NCBI GenBank assembly: GCA_030295235.1
Contig: AP026130.1
Location: 1,426,001 to 1,452,131, forward strand
Reading direction: 5' to 3'
Source of the DNA: Fistulifera solaris
Taxonomy: Eukaryota
DNA: 26,131 nt
Shown here piece after piece: positions 1 through 11,964 of this stretch. Numbering within the stretch: position 1 is the stretch's first letter; the number at the start of each line of letters is the position of its first letter. The notes beneath the pieces are model-generated. The model did not search any database. It was given only the letters and a program-made list of their open reading frames with translations, and had not been told where the DNA came from. Both the position numbers and the translations under genes were made by a program.

Positions 1-19
1 AGAGCAGCAAAGCAAGGCC

Positions 20-3000
20 ATGGAAGCACTCGTCGCTCTATGTTACGAGCGTGTCACCATACAACGCGCTCATTTGATCGTTTTGTCCGTAGCGTGTTCC
101 GAAACAACTGACCATTTGGTAGGAATGTTGGGAGTTGAAGGGCTGGCACTCTGGAAGGAAACACCAGATCATCCACTCCTGCAAGGCGCTCAGGCACACG
201 AGGAGCTAAGGGCACTCGCAAAAGTGTGGCAGCGACAATGTCTCGTATCGAAACCCTTCACGCTCATGGTGCTGGGTCTCGGTCTACTCGTGCAGGCAGC
301 AAAATTGCCGGAGAGTTCAACTTTATTGGAAACAGCGAATGAGCAAGACGCCTTTGGTTATTTGTATGAAGTTTTGAGGCAACTTGTTCGGCCTGCTTGC
401 TCGTCTCCTGATGAAAACGCAGAATTGGATGCGTCGAGCCTTATGTATGCTGGCATTGGGCGGGAAGTTGTCTCGGCGGCAATAACGGCATTTTCCCAAA
501 ATTTGGAAAATGCCAACAATGTCGACATCTTTTGTATGTTAGCGGCCATTATTACGCAAAATAGTCCTACCATGACACAGCAATTCTGGGTCGATTGGTC
601 TGTCTACACAAAAATGTCCGAAGAGAGACCTTTTTGTGTGCTTTTGGATCACGCCCATCAACTTGCTCAACGAATGTACCCTTTGCCCTTGTTAAGAATG
701 GTCACTTCCCTTGTCTCGACTGCAGAATCGGTCCGCGTCGTCTTAGAGGACTTTGTTCCGCCAAATCTATTTTCTCAGGCTCTGTTAGGCAAAGAGAAGA
801 ATGAAGACTCTCTGGTAGTAGTTATTGAGTGCGTCCGCGTATTTGCTCATCATGCTAATACTGCCTCAGCGCGGCGTTTGTTGTGTCGAGCGATTGACCC
901 AAAGCTGCTTTGCCAAGCTGTGCTGGAGACTTCCAGCGAAAATGCCGGTGCAGCCGGAATGGAATCGCTTTCAATGCTGTTGCATGACAATGCTGAATGG
1001 ACCCGAGTTATTGCAGACTCTTTTCACTGGATCGTGGGCGAACGTTGGCAAAACTTGGTGTTCCGCGGGAACCTGACCGCTGGAGCGGCCGCTCAGTTTT
1101 TGAGTCGTTTCTTTCGGAATATGACAGCGGTGTTTTTGCTCACGATACGGATGAAACGTTTGTTCTTAGTTTTTTAAGTTGCTTCTACCAGGCACTCATG
1201 ACACTCGTATCATTACTGGCTTCGTCTGTTCCAGTGCTTTCGAAGCCGGCCTTGGTCGGACAGAAGCAACTGACGTACAAAAGCGCCATTTCTATAATGG
1301 AATGCGTACACACCACCTTGCAATATGCCGGGCCCATGGAAGCGCTGCACCCGTCTTTTGCCGTAACACAAGCTGTTTCTGATTTTCGTTGGAACATCAT
1401 TTCATCGATACCTGGGAAATCTATCATTTTCTACGCAACAGTACCTGTCTCATTGAGCATTGCCCGCTTTTTAGATGAAGAGATCCGTGACGCGCAATTT
1501 ATTCGGTTAAAAAGACATTCTAATTTGTTCCAGACTTGGCTCTCCACCGCAAGCACGGACGCTCTACCGAATGGCGAATTTCAGTCCTTAGTGATGGAGT
1601 TGCTGGAGAATTCCGACCTATTGTCCTTCGACTTTTCGGATATGACATTTCAAGACGGTGATACATTGAATATGCCCATACAAGCGGCTTCGACTGCCAT
1701 CAATATACTTATTATATGGTGTAGTGTGGTGGACTCAAGGCGTCAACGTAATGCAGAGGCTGTAGACTCGGAGTACCCTCATGTTCTCTTGTCGGCACGA
1801 GGGGATCTCCCACACCTGAGCCCTACTACGTCCCGAGCAGTTACCGCGGTTTGGAATGCAGCGTCCATATCATATGCAGACGTATTTACTGGATATATTC
1901 AGGTGCAATCAATGTCTGACGGTGATACGTCAATTTCCGAGAAAGGAATGAATCTTCTCGCTGTTTTGTCTAAGCGCGCAGCATTGGTAAAGGACGATTC
2001 CTTCTTTCGAACCGTTTTAGACTCGACATCTCTTTCTGCGAAGCTCCGAAAGCAAATTGAACTCTTGTCAAGGTTTGAAGGAGATTGCGATTACAAGGTA
2101 TTCACGCATGCTTTCGCTATTTTGGCTCATTGTGCACGTTTCAATCTTGAAGGCGTTACCAAAGCTTTGTCCAGTAGCTCTATCAAAACGATGCAGATGA
2201 TTATAAAAAATACCTGTTCTGACTTAGTAAAGTTGAAACAACATGGGGCTGATCCATCAGCAACACACCAGAATCAACTTGAAATCGCGACAGGATGCCT
2301 ACAGCTGACTTTGTCGTTACGCCGAGCAGGCTTTTGCATTGACAACAATCCCCATGAAATATATTCAGGAGTATTGCGCGATTTGCTTCATTTTCTGTCT
2401 GTCTGTGTTCCTTCAGAAGATGGTTCCATACTTGCTGGACTTCTACCCAACTTTAGGTGCCTCGCTGTGGATTTGATCACTTTCGAGCTATCGATTTTAC
2501 CGGCTCATCGTATGAACGAGCAGCGAATAAAGCTGATTTCTGATTTTAACACAGTTTTTGGCCATAGTTTGTCGGGTCTTGTCACGTTGTCGAAGCACTA
2601 TCTTGAACTTCGTCATCTGGATCAGCTTCTCGAAGTCTACGACCGCCATTTCGGAAAATTCGAAATTGTGCGAGGAAAGTCTGTTGAGCAAATAATGGGT
2701 TACTTCGTCAACATAGTGGGTGAAAATGGTCAAGAAAATCTCGACATGAGTTTTGCTTCGTCGTGGCTGGCTGCTTTTCTATCGGAAAACTCGATTGCGC
2801 TGAATGATCTCGCACTCACGTACTCCCGGTTTCTTAGCGAAAACTGTTTGTTGGTGTCGTGGAAGTCGCTTTTGACCTTCATGTGTATCCAAGAGGATGC
2901 CATTGGACGAGGACCTGAGCAAAGTCATGTGCTTGGAACACATATGAAACTACAGGCACTTACAGCAATGTTGCGGAATTTAGAGGCTATGGAACGGATC

Positions 3001-5439
3001 CAGCCGGACTTGGTGCGGGATACGAAACACAGAGTCGTTACAACCTTATCCTTCATATCATTTCATTGCTTTCACGGGGGTGAAGATTGGGCTGAAATTA
3101 TAAGTCTAATAACAGCTTGCTGCCGAAAGATCGTTCAGATCACAATCAATATCTCTGCACCAGTACGTCGATATTGATCTGCATGCTGACTATCTGCTTG
3201 AAAGTTTTCGTTGCTAACACGTACTCTCTTCTTTCCCTAAAGGATGTGTTTGCCGGGATAGAGCAGTTACTCGCGTATGCTGCCACGCTCCTTAATGCGG
3301 TTCGACCGAGATTCGCCGATAGCTCTGAAACCGTTATTCTCATATCGTTAGCTGAAATTGCTTGCCAGATAGTCGAAATGATAACAGGCTACCACACATC
3401 GTCGGGAAATCACGGTAACCATATCCCATGCTTGACAGTTTGTTTATCTGTACTTGTCGCATTGATAATCCAAGACGAGCCATCCAATAAGCTGTGGAGA
3501 GGGGGAGTCCGAGTTTCGCGAGCGCATCCTCCAGCTACTCAAGGAATATGATGTGATTGAAAACTTGGCCGGTCGAATTAGTTTTGCGACAATTGATGGA
3601 AGTTCTACTGACCAGAAAGTAACGAGCCACTACAATACGACTCATCTTGTGCTTGCACTCCTCAGCAAAATCGCGAGCATTGGTGATGCTGATCTGTTAT
3701 CGCTCCTCGTGCGAAGCGAGTTAGCACGTCTTTTACCTAAACGTATTCAATTTTTGACTCACTCGATTGGTTGCTTTCCCATGCGAGGGTATATCACTGA
3801 CTCTAAATTATCACAAAAAGGCCATTTACGTTACGAAAGACAGTTGTCACACAATCCAAAAATCTCTTGAGCGGGGAAGAGACGATCCGCGACACAAGGT
3901 CTGGAGGGCTAGCATTAGTTTCCTAGCGGCTGGTTTGCGTTCGGCGACTTCACAAGACTGCGATGAGGCAACGCGAGAAAAATACGTCATTCTGGCTCTC
4001 GATTTTCTCTCTGCCAATGCAGAGACAATAAGAACGTGTCTTAAGCAGTGCAGTTCGATATTTTGCAACCAGGAATACCCAGTTCTCACGATGAACTTAC
4101 TGGAAGAAGCCGGTCTCATTTTGTCGTTGACGGGGGAGCTTTGCTCAATTGATACACTGGAGACTTTTCAAAGAAAATACAAAGGCCTTTACAACATGTT
4201 CTTGGACTTTTGTAAAACCCTTCTTGCAAGTTTGAGTTCCTTTATTTGTTCTAGCTCAACTTCAAGGGAACTTTTCCGCTGCATCGACGAAGTAGAAGAC
4301 GCTGATGCCATGGCTCTTGATTCCATCACACATATATCGGACTTAGGTATTTTGTTTTTCACATTAGCTGGCGGTATTTCGAATGCTCGCCACGAAGCCA
4401 TTAGACATTCACATTTTGCGTCGGTGAGTATTTTGGATTACTGTTGCTGAGCCTGCTGACCAACATCTAACAAATTGTTCTGGATAGCGATGCTCAGCAC
4501 CGGTCACTCCGGATGACGTTTCAAAGCAGGCTTCATTTCCACCCGGATTTGAGCCAGACGTGCGTTTGCGAACGAACTCCGATCCAAACTCGTTGTATTG
4601 TTTAGAGCGCAAATGCAGAGAAGCTGTAAATAATACTTTCTCGTTGCAGATGGAGCTCCAAGCCGCACGAGTTCTGTTTCATGTTGTTCATATTTTATTG
4701 CGATCTCATCCAGCTGCCACTTCTTTGGTGATGCTGTCTGATAATGCTCGACATGACACGGCGCCAATCATTCGAGAGGGATCTCACGTTGCGTTGCAGG
4801 TTGAAGCTCGATCGCCCGCTATCACACTTGCTGAAGTTGTACGATGCGACACTGTGAACCGCCGATGGGAAGTTTGTTCACGGCAAAACGGCTCTACAAT
4901 TTACTCCGTAGTGTCTCGAAAACAAATTGTTGGTGTAGAGGACGTATCTCTAAGACACGCAATACTTGGCAGTGCCCCTGCCCCGCGATCTTCTGCGGAA
5001 TTGGCGAAATTAGTAGGTGCAGCTTCCCTCGGACATTTAATCTTGGCTCTTCGCTGGTGTCGATATTCGGACATGGTAGAAGATGGCGACTTCGTGGCAA
5101 GAAGGCTTGCAGAGCTGTGTACATTTCTTCTAACGGCCGAAATTTCAATGCATCGTGAATCAGGAACATTATCTTCTACCGAGACTTTTTGTTTGCAGCT
5201 CATGGATTTATATGGAGAAAAAGATGATTTCGCAACGTTGCTAAAAAGATTTTTCGGGGCCATTGTTCGAGGATCGCAGAGGTCAGCTTCAACCGATTCT
5301 AAATCAAGAGGTTTGGTGTATGGCGCGCGAGCAGCTGCACGATGAATTACACGAGGCCACTCTGCGTACGCAACAGCGTGTCCACGGACGCGGACATTCT
5401 TCGATCGCCCGCAATTCTCCCAGGAAGCCCGAGTTTTAG
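20..5439 (+). CDS. NUP188: Large alpha-solenoid nucleoporin, Nup188-like. Probably 5'-incomplete; 2 introns and 4 apparent single-base frameshifts.
   Basis: ORFs 20-1177, 997-3177, 3117-3551, 3553-3870, 3767-4450 and 4560-5345 join into one helical protein. Joins are introns 3163-3242 and 4424-4487 plus frameshifts near 1133-1137 (T5), ~3465-3500, ~3858-3862 (A5) and ~5243-5247 (A5; the shifted frame reads KDFSGPLFEDRRGQLQPILNQEVW...PEF* and ends at 5439). QQFW..W...PFCVLLDHAHQ...YPLPLLRMVTSLVS resembles the Nup188 FW...LLD....FP..PLL.LL.AL block. The frame is open back to base 2. Confidence 0.62.
3163..3242 (+). other. Spliceosomal intron (80 nt, phase 0)
   Basis: GTACGT donor, GCTAAC branch-like motif at ~3213, pyrimidine tract and AAG acceptor. 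Removal joins ...ISAP to DVFAGIEQ in frame. Confidence 0.85.
4424..4487 (+). other. Spliceosomal intron (64 nt, phase 0)
   Basis: GTGAGT donor, CTAAC branch-like motif and TAG acceptor. Removal joins ...HSHFAS to RCSAPVTP..., in frame with ORF 4560-5345. Confidence 0.85.
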
Positions 5440-5504
5440 CAAAGAAAGTATATGCGTGAAATGGCGGTGTTAAAGTCCATTAAATGTTACATTGAGTATT
5501 ACAG

Positions 5505-7958
5505 TCATTCTTTTTCGAGCTGCTTGAATCGTGTCATCCACGCAGGAGCACCGTTGAGAAATGTATTAGACGCATCGTTGAAATCGTCGCCTTCCTGTAA
5601 GGGCTTTTCTTCATCATGCATCACGCCTGGCCGTCTCTTCAGCCACAAAGGGATTTCATCATTTATTGCGTGTGAAGCGTCATCTAGAGAAGCGTTTGTA
5701 TTTTTATCCCAGTTGGCCGACGGGTCGCCATTCAGCTCGCAAAATATCCGGCTGACGGGTTCGGCGACTTCTTCTTCTTCCAATGGTGATTGAAGTGAAG
5801 TGGAACTTGTCGTCGATTGCTGCATTTCAACGTTTAAAGCCTGATCGTCGCTTACCTGCTCCTCTGCGTGCAGTATTTCCTGCCGTTTACTCAGCCACAG
5901 GGGTTTGCTAGACACATAGTCATTCAGACACGACAGTGGGGTTAAGAAAACTGGTGCCGGTTCATCATTTCTGATCGGGTTCTGTGAAAGGTGTTGCTCT
6001 ATGGGAGCTGATTTTGGAACACCGGCCAGCGACTCTTGAGAATGTAAAGCGCCACAGACTTTACTGGTATCGTTAGCTGCTTTCTTCGATGCTGATAGAG
6101 GTCCATCTGTTTCGACCCCTGGACCTTCCGATCCACAATGAAGGAGCTGTTGTATTTCACATTGTTGCTCTCTTCGCCTCATAATCTCTTGTCGCTTTAT
6201 CATCCATTGAGGTACAAATTTGCTGCCCGCATTTTGATCGGCATTTGTCATCCCGTTTCTAACCGTCTGCCTTATCGTAAATTTTTGGTGGCAAACAGTG
6301 TCTACTTCTCTCCCCTGGTTTTGAGCTTGACAAGAAATTATGGACGGTCGGAGCGGCTCGGTCAAATCAGAAGACTCTTGCGAGCACTTTTCGATGCACT
6401 GGGTGCTGCTTTGATTACTTTGCTCAAGCGGCTGTTCTCGTTCGCGGCCACACGATTCACCGGGAATCCATTTCCGAAGAGCCGAGATAGCAGAGTCTTG
6501 CGACTCTTCTGTACAATCGCCATTGCTTGCTTGACTCCGTGTACAAGTCTCATCGGTCCATTCACTCTCTTCCACAGATTCGTAGTCATCAGTCAATTCT
6601 ACTTCGACCAGGTTGCTGGCTTCGGCACTCTCTGAGTCGGCTTCGTCAACGAAGTATCCTTTTTCTGGAACTAAATCATCAAACGTCGCTGTCTTAAAAT
6701 TCGTAATCCCTTCTGAGTTGTACGGTGTAGCATATTCTGTTGCGGACTTATTTTTGGCTCTTCGAACACAGTGAAACCAAGTTACTAAACAGACACACAC
6801 CGAAAGACTGGCCATGAATACAGCGCAAAGGAGAACCACAGGGGTCTGTCGTCATCGACCCTACCCGCTTGAAAGTTCATTAAACTCTCTAATTCGTCTG
6901 CGTCAGTAACAACATGGCAAGAAACTGTTGTCGAGAAAACATCAAAAGGCATTTGCTCAAGCGATGTCAAGTAGTCGGCGTAGAAAGCTCCTCCATGTTT
7001 CATTCCCTCTTGTACAACATTTTTTACCTCAGCGATTGCTGGAGCCGAAGAATCGTTTGTCGCTTGAAACAAGGCTGTTATTTCAAACTGGATCATCCGA
7101 GAACTGATGGGTTTGTATCGCTGGACCTCTAATCCCTCAAATTTAATCGTCTCGACACCTTCGAAAGTTTTTGCGTACATGTTATCCAAAAACTGTTCTG
7201 TCAAATGAACCAGATACAAAGTCTCTACTTCACTTGGCAGCTTATTGGACCGCGTGCTGTAATCAAAAGCAAGAACTTCGATCGGTCGACCAACGATGTT
7301 TATATTGCCGTCCTCTGCAAAATCAAATCGGAAATGTCTGAGTGCCGTCAAACAGGGAATACAATGCTTTGTAAAATACGGTTAATCCGCAGTATATACC
7401 TTCGTCGTTCAGTGAAAAATCTTGCGTATCGTACACCCTTGACAACACTGATTGATTTTCAACTACTGTAGTTTCATCGTTTTCGCTTCGTTTTTTGAAA
7501 GACCTTCGTCCATTCTTCGACTTTTTGCCTTCGCTGTCGTGAAGCTCCGGATGTACTTCCGCGCCTTTCGGGTGATGACTGTGGACAACTTGTTTGATAG
7601 CCTTATTACTAGCTCCTTTCGCATCGCTAGTTTCACTGTTCGGATCGTCTTTCTCTGCAGCTTTTGGATGATGACTGTGAACGATCTGCGTCTCTTTTGG
7701 CCCTATTTCTCCGACTGCAATAGATACATCAGCGTGCTCCAAATTACCATTCTTCTTGGACGACTTTTTAGACCCTTTGGCATACGAGTTAGTGTTCTTT
7801 CTCCCCGCGTCGTCTATTGCCGACGACGATTCATGTTTCTTTTCCAGGATTCTTCGAGGTGAACGAAGCGCGTAATCCCCGCGAAGAAGTGTGCTTGTTG
7901 CCGAGCCGAGAAGTGCAGCGAAAAGGATAGCAGGACATTTGATAAACTTCGATTTCAT
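5505..7958 (-). CDS. Type I single-pass membrane protein of unknown function: signal peptide, Lys/His-rich low-complexity region, possible SEA-like domain, TM helix and long acidic cytosolic tail with PxW repeats
   Basis: ATG at 7958 gives the signal peptide MKSKFIKCPAILFAALLGSATS. Intron 7399-7315 joins ORF 7323-8087 to ORF 6785-7351 in frame (NDE-E-DG). A frameshift at the C4 run (~6841-6844) joins to ORF 5505-6839, which starts with the TM segment VVLLCAVFMASLSVCVCLVTWF followed by basic RRAKNK. Confidence 0.72.
7315..7399 (-). other. Spliceosomal intron (85 nt, phase 1)
   Basis: The minus strand reads G|GTATAT...TTTGATTTTGCAG|AG. Removal restores the frame and skips the stop at 7323. Confidence 0.75.
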
Positions 7959-8403
7959 GGTGTGTATTGTAATTGATACGACTCTCGATTTTCTGTTTTT
8001 CTGTGAAAAGGATGCGCTCACATTTTGAATTGGTCGCCCAAAATTTTTTGGAAAATAGGCGTTGGAGGTTGAGTCCCTAATTTTCAAATTTTGACTACTG
8101 GTACTGGTTAATCACAAATGTCTTACAAAATGTAGGATTGGCTTCCGTTGAATAGATCTGACTATACAGTAAGAATGTCCTACTCACCAGTCGCACCCGC
8201 ACTGGATGATGAGCTTCTTGCTGCGATGTTCGCCTCCTCCTATTTTTTTTACCGGAAAACACGGACACCGCACATCGTTATGATGAAGTCGGACACGAAC
8301 GACTTTTGATTAAACTTAACCAAACGACTGTACATGATCATGCACTAAGAGTTCAAAAGCTCTGTCACGAGCAAAAGGAGATTATGTGCTACTTTTTTAT
8401 TTA

Positions 8404-9633
8404 TTAGTTTACGTGCTGAGCGATGGAGACCGATCTTCGACAAGAGATTGATCTCGCCAGTTTCGGTGAGCCTCCATCACGACGTCCAGCCTCGACAGTA
8501 ATGAAACGAGCTGATTGATTGTGCAAATTGTGAGCAAGACTTTCAGGATCACTGCCTTTCACATGGGCTGAACGAGTCCTTCTTAGAGAACCGGGTTGTG
8601 ATGCCGATTTGAAAAGACCACTTTGTTTGTGCGGATCAATTGTATTTTGGTCCGTTTCTTTCAAACCACGACGTATAGAGTTTTTCCGCGACAACAGACT
8701 GGGCTGTGGGAGGGATCTACATGAATTATCATCTTTTTGATGCCGTTGGAGGTCTCGACGAGTTTTATCGCTTCTTCTTTCAACATGGCTACTGGAAGAG
8801 GTGTAAGACCGTGAACGTTGCGGAGGTAGCAATTGTTGAGCATCCTCTTTTGGAGCTGGATCCGTTGAACGACGATCATCACCTGGATCTTGACGGATGC
8901 GGCGTATCGATGTTTTCCGGGTCAAAGATCTCTGTCGAGGTAGAAATTTGGAGAGGTTTTCCTCGTCGTCTTGATCGCTTTCTGAACCCAAAGAACTCAT
9001 TGACACCAACTGGGAGAAGCTCTCCGAGAAGCTCTCTATCAAATAGGCAGCAGCATCGTCTGCATCAGTTTGAGCAAGCTGACGGGCTTCCGAGACAGCA
9101 CGCGCAGAGGCTAGAGCATACATCGTTTCATCTCTGTGAATCAAGATGGATTGCTTCGCCAGCTCTGATACACCTTCGTTAGATAGCATGCGCTCTAAGC
9201 CTCTGTAGCTGAAATGGGACGTTTCATCCATTCGACCATCGAGTTTCGTCATCTTCGCCATTTCAAACATTTCGTTCTTCATCTCTTTGTACTCGGACTT
9301 TGAGAACCAAAGCGCACGCTTTTCTGCGTTGCTCGAGGCCATCTTAGGTACACTGTAGGTTCTATGGCTTTCTTCACTAAAGGACACTTTGCGGGGAACG
9401 CCAATTCTATCAGTGGATCTAGAAGAAACAGAACGAGAGGGCAGAGCTGGCCTTAAAGATAGGGAGCGAGAAGGTAGCGACTTTGGACATGATGCAAGAG
9501 AGCGACCGGCAGCCGTAGATTGACTGCGGGTACTTTGCGTTTCATTTTCTCTGGACTTTTTTCGTTGTTTTTTAGTCGCGGCTAGAAGCTGCTCAAGTGG
9601 TAGCTTGCGGCGCGACTCCATTCTCTCTTTCAT
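8404..9633 (-). CDS. Diatom-type low-complexity Ser/Arg-rich protein with a KVSF...LWFSxxEY...RGLE signature
   Basis: Single open frame; the first ATG (MKERMESRRK) is at 9633. RKVSFSE...KRALWFSKSEYKEMK...FSYRGLER is a motif order seen in a large family of uncharacterised diatom proteins. Confidence 0.8.
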   Translation of the reverse strand: MKERMESRRKLPLEQLLAATKKQRKKSRENETQSTRSQSTAAGRSLASCPKSLPSRSLSLRPALPSRSVSSRSTDRIGVPRKVSFSEESHRTYSVPKMASSNAEKRALWFSKSEYKEMKNEMFEMAKMTKLDGRMDETSHFSYRGLERMLSNEGVSELAKQSILIHRDETMYALASARAVSEARQLAQTDADDAAAYLIESFSESFSQLVSMSSLGSESDQDDEENLSKFLPRQRSLTRKTSIRRIRQDPGDDRRSTDPAPKEDAQQLLPPQRSRSYTSSSSHVERRSDKTRRDLQRHQKDDNSCRSLPQPSLLSRKNSIRRGLKETDQNTIDPHKQSGLFKSASQPGSLRRTRSAHVKGSDPESLAHNLHNQSARFITVEAGRRDGGSPKLARSISCRRSVSIAQHVN

Positions 9634-10189
9634 CTTGCTAGGAAATCTAATGTATGTAAACACTTTGAAAATGAAGCAAAAATTTGTTTGGTTTCGGCGT
9701 GTTGCAGTGGTTATGAACAATAGGAGTAAGGTAGTGAGTTATGCTGCAAGAGAGACGAGAACTGACCGTTCTTGCGAGTTGCGAAGTGGCAACACAGGCT
9801 TTGAAGTTTGAAGCAATAAAATGACTGGGTGAGAGGTGTGATAGGTGAGAGGTGAGAGGTGTTTCAGCGAGTAATCAGTAATCAATTTTCCAATGACCGT
9901 TGTTCCTTCCCGGATCACAATTCACAATGTCAACAAACTAAGAACTAAGCATATAGCATATCAACTATCAACAAAGAACCGGATTGGCCAGTTCCGGCAT
10001 CCGGTGTCTATCCGGTCATCCGATCTCTATTTTTGTACAGATTTCGGAGTAACTTCTTCTCCTTGATCCGTGTCCCGTGTCCTTCGAATCACACTTTACT
10101 CTCTAGAGAGTGAAGAGTCCAGTGCGCGTTGCGCGTATAGCCCAGGAGTGCGGACACAATAAATGAATATACGACATTTTGTATTTCGT

Positions 10190-11913
10190 TCAATCATTGA
10201 TCATCATTGGTCATAAAATGAGTCATTTATGGTCATGTTCCACACTTTTTCATGCTTATAAAGCCGGAAACACCTATCCTCTTTATCTTTAGGTCTATTC
10301 CGTAATATCTAATTCGCAATCCGCAAATCTTTGCTCTTCGCTCAAAGAAAAACAATCGAATCTCTCTCTCTCTGGCTAGTGGCTAGCCTGTCTCTAATAA
10401 GTGGAAAAAGAGTGAATTTTAGGAATAGTCATTGTTCATCGTCGTCTTCTGTTGACTTCGACCGCTCACTAGAGAGAAATTGGTCCACTGTATCCAAGAC
10501 TGGATTGTAGCCACGGGCCACGGGAGAGGAAAATTGTTGATAGCAAGCGTTTGGTGGTTCTCGAACACGAGCTTATCAATCTGGTTCCAACACACGTTTC
10601 TTCTTAAGTTTTTGAGTTGTGTTTTCGCTTGCAACCATTACTATTGACGTCGAAAACTCGTTCGGACTATTCCTTAACATATTACTATAGCTACAAATGG
10701 TTCTCCAAGACTGGGTTTCAGTCACGCGCTAATATCGGCGCCACTGCCACTGGCCCTGGCCGCGCTGTGTGACAAAAAAGTGACAATGATGCGGTGAAAC
10801 AGGAGATGAGAGATGAGAGATGATGCGTGATGATTTTTATTCATCAGTTCCTGGCATCAGGCTTTTACAATACAAGGAGTTAACTTGCTACAAGCTTCTT
10901 GAGTCCTCCCTTTCCTTCGTGCCTTCTGCGAGAGCAGCCGCTACAATTATTCTTCAACAGTAAGCGTTCGCGAAGTTCGTAAAGCGATATCAAATGATAT
11001 CAAATGCCTTCTTACAACATACATAAGCCCGTCCGATCTCATGAGCCAAACCTGGTTCGTATCTAGCCAATACTCTAGCCTGAATCTTGTTGAAGGGCGA
11101 ACGTCTAAATCGAAAACTACATTCGCCACAACTCCGACAGCAATCCGCATCGAAATCCGGTCGACAAAGATAGTCCAGGACACGTACGACATTGCCCCGT
11201 AAGCTGCGCCAACACGAGGCCTAAAAGATCGCAGAGCGACAACAAACCAATGCATTGCGCTCCGTCCCGTCAATTCATCCGTTCCATCTGAATAATCGGA
11301 AGATCTTGTCAAATGATAATATTGGCAGCTACAGCAATCATCCCTGTTTATGGCTAGCTAATTTCCGTGGCGACGGAAACTTAAAGTCGAATTTTTAACA
11401 CGTTCCGATGGACTACCGACTACCGGTCTTGTCAAATTCTTCTGTCGACAACTCCGTTTCATTTTCCTGGATTGGTTGATGTCGGCAGTTGCCTCCGACA
11501 AACTTGACTTTCACAATTTTCAAGACTCATCAAAGGATTAGAGCAGACTCCAAACGCCAAACGAAACAATTGAAAGCAAAACTATGATTCGTTTTTCTCT
11601 ACTTTCCCTGACTTTCTACATGATGCTCATGCCCAACGTCGAGTCGCATGGCGGTCTCATCTCACCGCGCAGTCGTAATGAGGTGGCTCGCGAGGAAGGT
11701 TCAAATGTTGCCAGTCCTGGGGTTCCGGTAAAAGAGTACTGCTGGCATTGCTTGAACCGCAACAATGGTATTTGCGGAAAGGTTGACGGAAACGATTACG
11801 ACGAATGGCTCGACTCGTCCGGAAACCCGATGCCTTGGAAACCAGAGGCGACTTACCAACGCGGCGACATGATTACTATCGAAACTGAAATCACGGCTCA
11901 CCACTGGGGACAC
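10190..11913 (+). repeat. Tandem segmental duplication, copy 1 (LPMO upstream region plus the first 110 codons)
   Basis: Colinear similarity to 11965-13884. Shared blocks include TAAAATGAGTCATT, ACTATTGACGTCGAA, TTCTCCAAGACTGGGTTTCAGTCACGCGCTAATATCG, TAGCCTGAATCTTGTTGAA, TCGGAAGATCTTGTCAA and the CDS start. The left boundary is approximate. Confidence 0.9.
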
Positions 11914-11919
11914 GGATGA
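11584..11919 (+). pseudogene. 3'-truncated paralog of the LPMO gene
   Basis: Near-identical to the first 110 aa of the 13555 gene (signal peptide, HGGLISPRSRN, ITAHHWGH). Similarity stops abruptly after 11913, followed by GGA TGA. Confidence 0.85.
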
Positions 11920-11964
11920 AGCGAGTCCCCCAGTGATTTCCCCCTTGTAACAGGTAACAGCGAT

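Noticed and set aside
20..5439. Six separate genes, or programmed frameshifting, in the nucleoporin region
   Set aside because: The ORFs join through two canonical introns and isolated indels, with no consistent slippery-site or structure pattern.
10947..11312. Minus-strand ORF in the duplicated upstream region as a hidden gene
   Set aside because: The paralogous region (~12930-13290) has frame-breaking indels relative to it, there is no ATG start, and no motif is recognisable.
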